Source of the DNA: Selaginella moellendorffii
Lineage: Eukaryota; Plantae; Lycopodiophyta
NCBI RefSeq assembly: GCF_000143415.4
Contig: NW_003314285.1
Coordinates: 461,370-525,369, forward strand
DNA: 64,000 nucleotides
Direction: 5' to 3'
A model generated the notes under the pieces. It had not been told where the DNA came from. It was given only the letters and a program-made list of their open reading frames with translations, and ran no database searches. Position numbers and translations under genes: made by a program. Numbering within the stretch: the stretch's first letter is position 1; every line of letters starts with the position of its first letter. Shown in pieces: positions 48,900 to 60,378 of the stretch.

Positions 48900-49200
48900 G
48901 CTTAGCTTCTGGTTTCACGGCTTTTGGAAAACCATCGGTGATACTTTGTGAGGAAATATTCACCAGACTCCAGACCCCGATCGATCCCGGAACTCGCGGA
49001 AGAATCGTTCAAGCTAGATCCGCGAGGCAACCATTTGAAACTGCTGCTGGCTGGTCTCGAGACCCTGACGCTGCCGAAGGAGATGTAGAGCACGGAATTT
49101 GGAGCATGCTTGTCGAGCCAGTCGAGTGATATGGATCTCAAGCTCGCCTCCAGGCGTGGAACTACGGACACGGACACAACCTTACTGTCGGAAACAACTT
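48900..49200 (-). pseudogene. UDP-glycosyltransferase fragment
   Basis: LDWLDKHAPNSVLYISFGS and GLESGEYFL motifs; no PSPG box. Confidence 0.65.
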
Positions 49201-49410
49201 TCTCGAAGACTTGCAGCTCCAGCTCGTAGATCGAGTTTGCAAGGATCCACGAGAGCGAGAGACACTTCTCTACTCCCCTGTTTTTGTAGAAATCTCTGTG
49301 GTGGTTGGCTCTAAATGGTTTTACAAGCTTGCTAACTAGAACTTTCTAGCTAATAAAGAAATCTGTTTTTATTTTCCTTTCCTTAGATTTCTTTTCCGAA
49401 AATTCTGGTA

Positions 49411-49678
49411 TAGAAAGAAAATATACATTTTGGATCAATTGTTCACACAAACATAAGGTCATTGAATTACAATTTAAAATCATATTATTTTGTTAGTCAA
49501 AATCGCTTTCAGTCATTTTTATTTTTTTATTTTCACTTTCTGGTAAGGGAAAAAAACTCCAAAACTGATTATAATAAATAAATATAATAAAATAATATAT
49601 TAAAATTGAAATTCAATGACCTTATGTTTATATGAACAATTGATACTATAAGATCTCTAAAATATATTTTCTTTTTAC
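49411..49678. mobile_element. AT-rich fold-back / MITE-like element
   Basis: ATCAATTGTTCACACAAACATAAGGTCATTGAATTACAATTT (from 49434) versus AAATTGAAATTCAATGACCTTATGTTTATATGAACAATTGAT (to 49644), with further imperfect pairing outward. Confidence 0.7.
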
Positions 49679-50859
49679 TTGTATTTTATTTTATTCGGCT
49701 TTCTAAACATTTATCAAATATTGTTACATTAAGAAATTCTACAAAAGGATTTAGTGATAGGTATATATTTATTAATTATTTAACTTGTAAACGTCCGAGT
49801 TTAACTTATAGTGATACTTATTTTAAAGTTTGAATGTGGGAAATTTTTCATCCACAAAGTATTTATAATTATGTTTTGTTAATCCTCATATATTATATGC
49901 TGAAAGTCAAATATCATTAAAATAACTTTAAATTTGATAAACAAAAATTCATATATTAAGATTGGTGGTAGTGATCTTAGTTATGGCGTGCTAAATTCTG
50001 CACATGTAATGAATATTAGAATTCTAGGAGTGGGATTTATAAATTACACTATATAATGTTTAGTAATGAATATTCCATGTTTTCATTATGCAGTTATTTA
50101 CAATTATTTCTAATGCTATTGGGATGCATTATGACAATTTTTTGGATGTCTTGTTGAAGCTAGAAATGCTATTGATCATTTAATAAATTATTGGTCATAA
50201 CAAATGATATTAACAATAAAAATGATAATTTTGTTTTTTGCAAGTGATGATATAATTAAGAAGCATGGATTTATAAATTATAAGTTGCAGGATACTTGAA
50301 AATGAATAATAATACAGCATATTTGTGCATAAACTAACTGTTTGCAACAATCCAAATGAATGTTTATCATTTGCAAATCAAGGGTTAAATGTGACAGTGG
50401 AATGGACCTGGACTGGCCAGGGTTTGACTAATTTGAAATCCAAGGACAATTCCTTGCGACTGACACTAACATTTTTAGCAAGGTTTAAGATTGTAGTGTA
50501 TTGAGGATTCTTTCAGTAGGAACAATAAACTCCTTCCAGAAGCAAGCATTACCACTGGATAAAGGACAGAGAATGAAGATAGCTCTTGTCTGACCTTGGC
50601 TTGGTCAGTCTCTCGTTTTCGATGACAAAGCCAGAATCACGTAGTGCAGACTTACTTGTAATAAAAGATTGTCCGTAGTACATTGCAAAATCACTGAAAT
50701 AATTAGCCACCGAGAGTCCATTCGCTCCAGGGAGATTGTTTCTCAGCGTGATTTCCATAAGAGACATCACTTCCTCCATTAAATCCAAGAAACCAAGGAG
50801 AGGAAAATGCGCAATGAATTAAAGGAATTTCATAAACTTTGAAAGAATCGAAGAACTTC

Positions 50860-51474
50860 TTAGCATTTCTTCATTGTGAGGGCATTCTTAAGCATCTTGA
50901 CTGTGTCCGTGCTCACCTTGAAGGCCTTGCTGAGAATTTTATCGTCGATTCCAGACCCAAAGAGGGTGGCGGGGAGGGAAACGGTGCCGGGATTGGAGCT
51001 CCCGAAGGCCGAGATGGCCTTGGCCTCGTGCTGTCCATCGTTGAATTGGAAGTGGACGAGACCCTTTGGAAACACGAACATATCGCCCATCTCGAGCTTC
51101 TGGACGAAGAGCTTGTTGGTGGTGGTGTCCACCAGGCCGACGCTGAGCGAGCCCTGTAAGACGAAGAGGAGCTCCGCGGCCCGGGGATGGATGTGCGGGG
51201 GATTGGTCGTGCCTGGCTGGTAGGAGAGCTTGGCTATGGAGACGCCGAGGCCATTCAGACCAGGGAATTCCGCGAGCGATGCCTTCTTCACCAGGAAAGT
51301 TCCCGCTGGAGCCGTGACATCGTCGCGAAAGCCAGTGAAAGTGAAGAAGCTCGCGTTGGTGGCGGCGGGATTAGCAGCGAAATCCGAGACAAGCTCCGGA
51401 TCCGATGCAAAGACTCCCACCGCAACAAGAGCTAACAAGAAGAAGTAGATCACTTGCAAACTAGTCGTCGACAT
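50860..51474 (-). CDS. Germin-like protein (cupin), intronless
   Basis: Near-identical inverted paralog of 45632-46246 with intact germin boxes. Confidence 0.93.
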   Translation of the reverse strand: MSTTSLQVIYFFLLALVAVGVFASDPELVSDFAANPAATNASFFTFTGFRDDVTAPAGTFLVKKASLAEFPGLNGLGVSIAKLSYQPGTTNPPHIHPRAAELLFVLQGSLSVGLVDTTTNKLFVQKLEMGDMFVFPKGLVHFQFNDGQHEAKAISAFGSSNPGTVSLPATLFGSGIDDKILSKAFKVSTDTVKMLKNALTMKKC

Positions 51475-51939
51475 GATACTGTGTTTGCAAACTTAGCTCG
51501 AGACAAGGAGGCTAAGAGCTTGCAGACTTTGATCCTGACTGATACACAAGCTGGAATTACCCCGGGTTTTATACCGGAGCAAAGCTCCAAAAGCTCTTGT
51601 GTTATTGCTGCCAACACCGCGTTAATCCTCCGGTAAAATGGGCTCACCTTGACAAAGACCACCAAGAATGCCTCGAGCAAAGCGTCAATGTTTGTTTGAT
51701 CCTGTTGGAATCATTGTCGTATATCCATCCATCCAGAAAACATTCTCTTTCAGATTTATTGGAGCGAAGTTTTGACAAAAGATGTTTTGTTTTGACAAGC
51801 TAGAATTTTCAGTGAAGATCATCTTCGAGGGATGATTGATAAGCAAAACATGCAGAGGTGGTAGGCCAAAAAACGTTTTTTGGACTCGAAGATCTCTAAA
51901 CCACCGTTCAATCCATCAACTTCATGCGCTGAATGATCC

Positions 51940-52769
51940 CTACTGTCTCTTCTTTTCGACGCCAGCGTTTCGTACTGCATCTCTGTTGATCCTCCTCTTC
52001 TTGAATTTCGACGAGTTTTGGTACTGGTAGTCACGAACAATGAAGAGAACCGTCTCCAGGATCATCCCAGCAAAAAGGCCGATCAGCCCCCCTGCGACAT
52101 GCTACACGGGAATCGTACCAGCGAAACCAAAGTGGAAAAAATGAGAAGATCACGTACCAGGACCACGGATTCCTCAAACTGGGATCTAAACAACGCAAAG
52201 CCCAAGAGAAAGCCAGTGAACATTGTGACAATCACATGAAGACCTGCGATCTAGACTTGTTTCGCGTCCTTCTTCCTTGTCAAAGAATGAGAGAAATACA
52301 TACCGAAACCAATTTGATCTTTGTAGGTGGAGAGTGGAACCATCTCTTCGTTCTCCTTTACCACGTCTTTCACTAGATCTTTGTAAGCCTTTTGATCTGC
52401 TAGCTCTTGTAGCTTTTGAAGACGTTCTTGTAGCTCCTTGGGCTGTGAGAAAGATTTCCACCCATCAAAGAAATCGCAAAGCATGCGGAAATGAGAGAGG
52501 AAACGAACCTTTTCTCTCGGCTTAGGGGAATGGAAGGCGAATGTAGCCCCTTCCAGCAATCGACGGAAGCTCGGCCGCGCCTCGGGAGCAAAATTACTCC
52601 ACACATCGCGAATGACCTGATACGGCACCACTGACGCATCCTTGTACCTCAGAGCGAGCTCGGAGACGCGATCGGGCAGCAGAGACGCCGAGCTACTGGC
52701 GGCATCGAGAAATTCCTGGATACCGGCCGTAGAGTGGAAGCGCAATCCCGCCACGCGATTGTCCTCCAT
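51940..52769 (-). CDS. VMA12: V-ATPase assembly factor VMA12/TMEM199, multi-exon
   Basis: SPKPREK|S.EL.ERL.KL.....K.YKDLVKDV, SYKDQIGFG-like segment, two TMs ending MILETVLFIVR; TAG at 51940. Confidence 0.85.
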
Positions 52770-52866
52770 AGCTACGAAGAACCCTAAAACCAAGCCACTT
52801 GTCAGAATAATGACCGTTGATCTAACGGCGCGCACATTCTAGGGCTTCCTGAGCGCTTGGCGCAGA

Positions 52867-53749
52867 ATGCACGCCTCGATTCCTTCGATTCCTTCTATTC
52901 CCTGCCGGTTCGGCAGGGCTGCGGCAACTGGAGCTCACACCGCGCCGCGCGCTGCGATTCCTGGCAATTCGAGCTATAGATTCTTGCATGGCGTCGACCA
53001 CAAATTTGGTATTTCGATGCGTCGCAGGGTCAATGTCGCTAGAAGGCGTCCAGGGGCCACAAGAAAAGCTGGGAACATCGTTGTCTCGCAGCTCAATGAT
53101 TTTCTAAGAGGTTAGCCGCTAGCCTTTCATTTTTAAACTTTCTTCTTTGTTTCTACTGTTTCTTTTTGTTCTTCTATCTACAGTGGTACGTATTGTCGCC
53201 AGGACAGCGAACGATAGTCTGGAGGCCGGAAGCAAATTGGTGCCTGTGAGTGGATTTTTTTTCTGCCATGGATCGTTGAAGTGATCTTAGTTAGTGGCAA
53301 GCAAAGTCTAGTTTCGAATTGTTTGCGTGAGTTTGAAAGTTCTCTGGAGTGTTTTTTTTTTTTTGTCACTGGAGTCGTGTTGCTTGACTGTCAAAGTCTC
53401 TCGTTTTGTTCTTCTCAAGCGTTTGATTTGGTGGCTAAGCACCTTTGTTTTTTAATTTCCAGGAATCTGTGCCGAGGCCTGCTGCGAAGGCAATTGTCGC
53501 CGTTCTAGGAATCGTGGCCACCTCCTTCCTGTTTAGCTCTCTACTTTCGCTCGCGAGCTTGGCCCTGGTAAGGCCTTTTCCTCTTTTCTACGGAACAAAC
53601 TCTTGTTTTTGTTTCAGGGAATCGCTGGAATTGCGTATTTTGCGTACGTCTACTTTAGCAGAGACGCAAGTGGTGGCAAAAGGAGCCAGCCCAGCAGCAC
53701 GGAGTCAAGCTTAGAGGAAGCCAGGAGGATCATGGAAAAGTACAAGTAG
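52867..53749 (+). CDS. Probable plastid-targeted small membrane protein, 4 exons
   Basis: Transit-peptide-like exon 1; spliced ...LVP|ESVPRPAAK...TM...|TM...SLEEARRIMEKYK* with GT-AG introns. Confidence 0.7.
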
Positions 53750-54598
53750 GGGAGAAAAAGAAGCTCCAGGTGCGCATACGTTTCTCTCATCAATCTCGAG
53801 CATACTTTCGAGAAACTCGAAGCTTCGGGTTGCAAAGTCAATGATTTCTTCATGAGGACGCAACAGGGATTTGTAACTAATGGTGCCTACTTCCCAGTTT
53901 CTAGAGGCGTTGATCTCGAGTTTGAGATTGGAGGAGAGAAGGGGAAAAAGAGGGAAGTGGCCTATCAAGCACACACAACCTCTATAGTGCTCGCACGGGG
54001 ATTTCGTACAAGGTTTCTAGAAGCGAATGCTACGTTTATTAAGATCAACAGAGAAATTGGAAGCTTCCTTTCGTGCAAATTAGGTTCGCGCATTCGCTGG
54101 TCAGTGGTGTAGCGAATCAAATATCAACGTCAATTCGATAAAAGTTTGATCCCGTCACTCACTCATATTATTCACTCACACTGCTGTTCTGGAAGCACTG
54201 GCCTTATACGCGAGTGTAAGTGGCCACTAAACTGATGGCACCTCCTCCTCTCCCCAGATTTTAGAAGCTTCGATGGCGGCAGTTATTGTCGTTGTCGAGG
54301 TGGCAAGCGGATAAGACACGCAGTTTTGTCCGCCACATGGGCGCACGGACACGCGTCGCCAGGTCATTCGCGCTTAAGCCGCCAAATCAGCCGCAAAGAC
54401 GAGAATATTCTCATTCAGATTCTCCTCGAATATTCGGGTCCCGTTTGCTTATAAGGGCCATTCCTCCACATAACACCGATACACACGAACTTCACCGACG
54501 CGAAAGATCAAGAGCAAAGAAATTCCTTTCTCTTTTCTTCCTCTTCCTCTGTTCTTGCGCTACTCGATCGATCTCCTCGATTCTTCCCTCTTCTCTTT

Positions 54599-55156
54599 AT
54601 GTTGATCGTCGCGGCCCCGAGCTCTCCGATCGCAGGAGTAAATTCGCCCAGCTTCTCGAGCAAACTCGCCAAATCCTCTCCAGTCCGCAGCCCCCCAGTC
54701 CGCCCCCGCTCGATCCAAGTGTCCGCGGCGGCGTCGCAGTGCATGGATTCGCCAGTGGCGACGCGATTCTCCGCCCAGCAGAGCCTGTACGACGTTCTCG
54801 GCGTCGCCCAGCAATCGGACGTGAAGGACATTCGCAGCGCCTACCGGCATCTGGCCAGGATCACACACCCGGACGTGGCGGCGACCGAGAACAAGGAGGA
54901 ATCCACCAAGGAGTTTCTGAAAATCCACGCAGCCTACACCACTCTCTGCGACCCGGAGCGCCGCGCCAGGTATGATCTCCAGCTCTCGCTGCAATCCCTG
55001 CCGCGATTCGGCAGCCCACGGGGATTCTCGGGAATTGGGTACGACAGCTACTCGTTCATGGCGCCATCGCCCATGAGGGCCTCGCCATCGCCATCGCCAT
55101 CGCCATCCACGCAGTGGAAGACGAGTAGGAGCTGGGAGACCGACCAGTGCTGGTGA
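54599..55156 (+). CDS. Chloroplast small DnaJ protein (J11-like)
   Basis: Transit peptide, SLYDVLGV, HPD motif, AAYTTLCDP..RARYD and C-terminal WETDQCW. Confidence 0.93.
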   Translation: MLIVAAPSSPIAGVNSPSFSSKLAKSSPVRSPPVRPRSIQVSAAASQCMDSPVATRFSAQQSLYDVLGVAQQSDVKDIRSAYRHLARITHPDVAATENKEESTKEFLKIHAAYTTLCDPERRARYDLQLSLQSLPRFGSPRGFSGIGYDSYSFMAPSPMRASPSPSPSPSTQWKTSRSWETDQCW

Positions 55157-55508
55157 GCGAGAGAAGGAAGAACACAAGAACAAAAATTTGGGGCTTTTTC
55201 GCCTCGCAGATCAGATCAAGGGGGTCTCAGCGAGCACTCAGGAATCGATCAATCGAGATGTCATTCGATTGCAGGCGATGTCAAGCGATTTCCCTGGCAA
55301 GATCTCTGCGACCCCGAGAAATTTCTTCTCGCATACTTTTGTAAATAGAGAAACGTCTGTATCAAAAGGACGAGTTGCTTTGCAACTCGCAGAGTTTCGT
55401 GGCTCTCCAAAGAGCGCTTTTTTCGCAATTCGAAGCTTCCCCTTGTCCTCCACTAGCAAGAATTTCGTTTGGAGAAAATCGTCACAGGAGTAGAGTTTTT
55501 CTTGTTGT

Positions 55509-55760
55509 TCGCAACTTACACAAGACAAGAGTAAAGACTTTTCCCGTGACAATCTTTCGCAACTTACTTACACAGGAGTCAAGAGTTTCACTTGTAAGTC
55601 TTTCGCAAACTTACACAAGAGTAAAGATTTTGTCTTGAGAGATCTCTTGCAACTTACACGCGAGTAAAGTCTTGAGAGGCTCTTGAACGCGTAAAGATTT
55701 CTGATCTCTCGCCACTTACAGGACGAGAAATTTCCCCGTGTCAAGGTCGCAACTTGGATC
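55509..55760. repeat. Degenerate tandem array, period about 36-48 bp, core TCGCAACTTACACAAGAGTAAAGA
   Basis: Core variants start near 55509, 55557, 55603, 55647, 55708 and 55747, with variable intervening sequence. Confidence 0.7.
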
Positions 55761-56638
55761 TGGCAAGTCGGTGGTCCCAAGGGGGTGAATTCTTATCCTT
55801 TGCAGGATTTGCATCACATGCAACCTTTGCATCCCAGTTTCATCGATCCAGCTCAACTCTTATCCCTTTGGCCGCGTGAATCGTCCAAATCCATCCGTCT
55901 ATAGACCAAGTAGTAATGTCAGTGTCACGAGATAAAATAATCCAAAACCACCCCCAAACCTTGCTGATTCGATCCTCGTCTTCCAAGAGCTTATATTTGA
56001 TATGATATTTCGATCGGGGTCTCCTCCGGTGCATGGAACTCCATTTTCGAGCGCAACATGACCATGACTTCGAAACATGTTGGCCGCTGATTCCTCGGAA
56101 GTCTCTCTCCGCTTGACTTCTAGAAAAAACTAGAAAACGATTTCTTTTCTTGACTCTGCCACGGCCCCCTGTTTCGGAGTGTCCAAGTTCATGCCAAATT
56201 CTTTGCTGCTGCCTTTTCCTTGTCGATTTGTCGGCCTACTGGCTTCCCTGGAACATGGAACAGGAAATCACAGAGTTAACCTTCGTCTCACGCAAGCGCT
56301 AGCAATTATCAGAAAAAAAAAAACAATATGAGAGAGAGCGCAGAGATCGGCCAAGTGTTGAATTGTGATGAACACCTCAACACGCAAGAAGAGAAAAAAA
56401 CCAAATAATGTACCGCAAAAATTGAAAAAAGTTGGTGAAAGTTGGCCCATGCAACTCATACGGCCTTTCTAATCACAGGCACGACGAAAAGGTCACGAGA
56501 ACGTCACCTTCTTTCTAGAAGCGCGAGCCTCAGCCGTCCGATCTCGGGGCAGCATCCAACGGCCGCCCGTCACGGGCGCGCGAAACTAAACCGCCTCGCA
56601 AGATTCAAATCTTTGAATTCTTGCTTACCTCGCGCGCT

Positions 56639-57893
56639 ATGGAAGCACTTCGCCTGGCAGCAATTCACGGAGGGATCAGCGCAACCGAGCTGAGAAGTAG
56701 AGTGAAAAACTTACGAGCAGCGCCGGTGCCGCGTTTTTCAGTGGAGTGCTGGCGGCGGCGGGTGAGGAGATTGCGGGCCAAGAAGGACGAGTGCGAGGAA
56801 GCGGCGGGAAGCATGAGGCGGGCACTCGATCACAACCCCGCCAAAGCTGCGGAGAAGCTGGTCTCTGCGTTGGATCCCGGCAGCAGAAAGGCCGTGATGA
56901 CAGCGCTCTCTGGTAATGTCCTCGCGTCAATAAACAGCGAAGAAAAAACACACTTTCTACTCTCGGGAATGAGAGCACACTTACGCGCGCGTTTGGTTCT
57001 TGTTGGTTAGGCTACAGCTTCAGAGGAAAGCGATGACAATGACTCGAGATCTATCACTGGAAAGGAAACGTTAATACTCACTTTCAAAGCTGCAATTGGT
57101 AAGTTAATACCCCGAGTGTTACGATCACCCGAATGAATTTCCGGGAAAACTTCCCTTGCAGGAATGGTTGGCTTCGGCTTTATAGGTGAGTGGTCGTTCT
57201 ATACAGCCCCCATAATTCATCGAGCTCACGCCCTGAGCAGATAACTCAATCATGATCATCGCTGGAGACGCTATCCAAAACACAATTGGTGATACCTTTG
57301 GCTTGTCCACCATGGCAGTAAGAAATTCTTCCGCGACGCCTGAACTGCAAAGAAAATTCCTGATTAAAGAATCCACAGAAATATCGACGACATGCTAACC
57401 TGTTGTAAGCTCCTTTTGGTAGTCTGCAGGCCTTGGAAACGCTGTGTCCGATCTGCTCGGATCGCTTCTATGTGGATATATAGAGCGAGCTTCAGAGAAG
57501 TTTATGCCCGAGCTTGATCTTTCGCCCTCGCAGCTGAAGTCCAACAATGCGCAATGGGCGGAGACCATTGGAGCGGCTTCAGGTGTTACCTTTGGTTGCA
57601 TTCTGGGGCTGTCGCCTCTCCTGTTTATATCAGACTCGGGCTCAGGTGGAAGCCACACTGTAGCTTCCACGAGCTACTGCAACAACGCTCCTGCAACCAA
57701 GCACGGCAAAAATCAGTCCCATCAATCGACGACAACCTTTGCATCTATGTCAGACGGATTTCGAGCACCGGGGCTGTGTGGCTTACAGCGTACAAAGTGC
57801 AGCTTTGCTCTAGTCGTATCTATTAGCCTGTTGATGATAGCGAAACGTATGGACGAGTTCCTGTCAAAGCGGAGGAGTCAAAACTCGCAATAA
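56639..57893 (+). CDS. TMEM65: TMEM65-family membrane protein, multi-exon
   Basis: Spliced GMVGFGFI|DNSIMIIAGDAIQNTIGDTFGLSTMA|SAGLGNAVSDLLG...GYIE...GVTFGCILGLSPLLF matches the TMEM65 core (GFGFLDN.IMI.AG..I...G...G.STMAAAALGN.VSD). Basic presequence-like N-terminus. Confidence 0.8.
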
Positions 57894-57945
57894 AGTATCA
57901 GCCAGAGACATACCTGTTCCATACGGCCTCGAAGGAAAAGAAGTC

Positions 57946-60378
57946 TCACCAGAAGTCCTTGCAGGAGCAGGAGCCGTTCTTAAAGTGATGAAACCGATTT
58001 GAGTCCCTCACAATAATTTCTCGTCGTGTAATCTTCGACGTCAGCTTCGTCATGGTATGACAGTCGCCACATACACGAAGGTTCTTCATGATACGAAGTG
58101 GAGTCCCCGGAGACGTGCTGATGATACCAAATGCGATAGCCAGCCTTTCACTGTGAGCGAAGAGCAGCGGTTCCTTCTGCCCAGCCTCCACATCATGAGC
58201 AACGTGAGCCATATCAGGATCATATCCCGCGCTCTTCATTTCCTTGTCAAGTCTCTTGAGCTCATCAAATATCTCCTTGCTTCTTGGATTGGATTGATCC
58301 CCCGCAGTAAACTCATAGACGCTAGTTCCAAGCTTGATGATACTCCGCCCTGCGTTTTTTCTGATACCCCGGTCTAGCATCAACTTTCTGATCCTGGAGG
58401 CCTCCTGAAAATCTCCAGCGTCGGCATGGATGCGTGCTAAAGCCACGTAGCCTGTCGACGCCTCCGGATCAATCCGAATAGCTCCTTTTGCAGCAAGCTT
58501 TCCTCGTTTCATATCACCGTGACTTCTGCAGTTGGCAAGGAACGATGTCCACGTCAAAACGTCCGGCTCGAAAGGCATGCACTGAATAAGAGTTTCGGCA
58601 TCGCTCAGCCGACCAGCTTTGCCAAGAGATTCGACCATGCACCCGTAGTGGCCACCCCCTGGACGAACCCCGTGATCTTGCTGCATAGAGACGAAATAAG
58701 CGTGTGCTTCTTCCGGAAGGCCCGCATTGGCACAAGCTGATAGCACGCTCATAAATGTGATGTAGCTTGGCTCTTCCCCGTCAAGCCGCATTAAAAGGAA
58801 GAGCTCAAACGCCTGCTGCTCGTGACTGTGTTGCGCATAGGCTCCTATCATGGCGTTCCAGGTCACAGAGCCTTTGGCAGTCTTGTCGAAGATGCTTCTG
58901 GCCACGTCCAGGATCCCACACTTCCCGTACATGTTGACGAGCGAGTTTGCAAGCTCTGTAACTTGAAAGGCTCTGTCTCCCAGCCTCCTGTGAACCCGTT
59001 TCCCCACTTCCATATCACCCAAGGTGGCACAAGCGTCTATAACGCTCACGTAGGTATAGTCGTCCGGCACCACGCCTTCTTCTTGCATGAGTTCGTAGAA
59101 ACGAAGAGCCTCGCTGGTGTGCCCGTGCTGGCCGTAAGCTGCGATCATAGTGTTCCACGCGATCACATCCGGTTGTGACATGCTTTTAAACATGGCTTCC
59201 GCGTCTTGCAAACTCCCACACTTCCCATACATGTTGAGTATGACGTTCTCCAGTGGAGCATGGTTCGAAGCTAGAGGATGCTCGCGAACACAAGCGTGAA
59301 TAGCTCTACCATCTTCCAGTGCCACAGGAACGCAGCAAGCTCCCAGGATGTTGATGAAAGTAACTTCGTCCATTTCCAGACCAAGTAGCAGCATCCTCCG
59401 AAAGAGTTCCATTGCCTCCTTGAAGCAGCAGTGCTGGACGTAGGCCGAAATGAGAACGTTCCAGGTGATAATGTTGGGTTCCTGGAGCTTGACGAAGGCC
59501 GCGTTTGCATCATGCAAGCCGCTACACTTGGCGTACATGTTGACGAGCGTAGTGCCTACAACCACGTCCTGATCAAATCCAGTTCGTAAGATACAATCGT
59601 GAATGTACCTCGCAGATTTGAGCTGAGAAGGCTGGTCGTAGGCACTCATGAGCGTGATGTAAGTCACGCTGCAAGCTCTGATCCCCTCCAAGAACATCTT
59701 TTGCAGCGTCCTCAATGCTTCCAGCCCGCGTCTGTGCTCGGCAAAAGCCGCGATCATCGCGTTCCAGGAGACAGCGTTGGGCTCGGTCATGCTCTCGAAC
59801 GTCCTCATGGACTCTTCAAGGCTTCCACACTTGCTGTACATGGAGACCAAGGAGGTCGTTGCCACCACCGCGTCCTGGAAGCCATAGCGGCGGAGTAGAG
59901 CGTGGAGAGCTCTCCCAGCGGGGAGAAACTCGGGCCCGGCGGAGCAAGCGTTGATGGCAGCAGTGAAGGAGACGCTGTGTGGCTGGATTCCCTGCTTGAG
60001 CATCTCGTAGAAGAGAGCCAGGGCCTCTTGAGATCGCCCATGTTGAGCACACACTGTGATAAGGATCGTCCAGCTAAAGACGTTCTTGGCCGGGGTTGCC
60101 TCAAAGACGAGCCTGGCCTCCTCCAAGCTCCCACATTTTCCATACATCATCACCAGATGATTGGAAACATAGACATCGGACCCCAGCCCGACTCTCCGCA
60201 TCAGCTGATGGATCCGGCGCCCCTCCGCTAGAGCCCCGAGCCTGGCGCAGGACTGGATTACCCTGACGCACTCCTTGAGATCCGCGTCCTTGCGCTTCTG
60301 GAGCGCGTCGATTGCCGCTGCGATCTGGCCAAGCTGTTGCCGCTTTGAGAGCAGCGTGGAGAGGCGGCGAGGATGCAT
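57946..60378 (-). CDS. PLS-E-E+-DYW pentatricopeptide repeat RNA-editing factor
   Basis: PLS motifs, HSERLAIAFG, KNLRVCGDCH, DSNRFHHF, CSCKDFW; intronless. Confidence 0.96.
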   Translation of the reverse strand: MHPRRLSTLLSKRQQLGQIAAAIDALQKRKDADLKECVRVIQSCARLGALAEGRRIHQLMRRVGLGSDVYVSNHLVMMYGKCGSLEEARLVFEATPAKNVFSWTILITVCAQHGRSQEALALFYEMLKQGIQPHSVSFTAAINACSAGPEFLPAGRALHALLRRYGFQDAVVATTSLVSMYSKCGSLEESMRTFESMTEPNAVSWNAMIAAFAEHRRGLEALRTLQKMFLEGIRACSVTYITLMSAYDQPSQLKSARYIHDCILRTGFDQDVVVGTTLVNMYAKCSGLHDANAAFVKLQEPNIITWNVLISAYVQHCCFKEAMELFRRMLLLGLEMDEVTFINILGACCVPVALEDGRAIHACVREHPLASNHAPLENVILNMYGKCGSLQDAEAMFKSMSQPDVIAWNTMIAAYGQHGHTSEALRFYELMQEEGVVPDDYTYVSVIDACATLGDMEVGKRVHRRLGDRAFQVTELANSLVNMYGKCGILDVARSIFDKTAKGSVTWNAMIGAYAQHSHEQQAFELFLLMRLDGEEPSYITFMSVLSACANAGLPEEAHAYFVSMQQDHGVRPGGGHYGCMVESLGKAGRLSDAETLIQCMPFEPDVLTWTSFLANCRSHGDMKRGKLAAKGAIRIDPEASTGYVALARIHADAGDFQEASRIRKLMLDRGIRKNAGRSIIKLGTSVYEFTAGDQSNPRSKEIFDELKRLDKEMKSAGYDPDMAHVAHDVEAGQKEPLLFAHSERLAIAFGIISTSPGTPLRIMKNLRVCGDCHTMTKLTSKITRREIIVRDSNRFHHFKNGSCSCKDFW

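Larger units (their letters stand above)
45200..52070. repeat. Inverted duplication, arms about 45200-46280 and 50830-52070
   Basis: Near-identical germin CDSs in opposite orientation. The upstream flanks also match, including a copy of the last VMA12 exon (MILETIFSIVRD) near 45203. Confidence 0.85.

Noticed and set aside
55509-55760. CRISPR-like appearance of the repeat array
   Set aside because: The repeats are degenerate and irregularly spaced, there are no cas genes, and the context is a plant nuclear genome.
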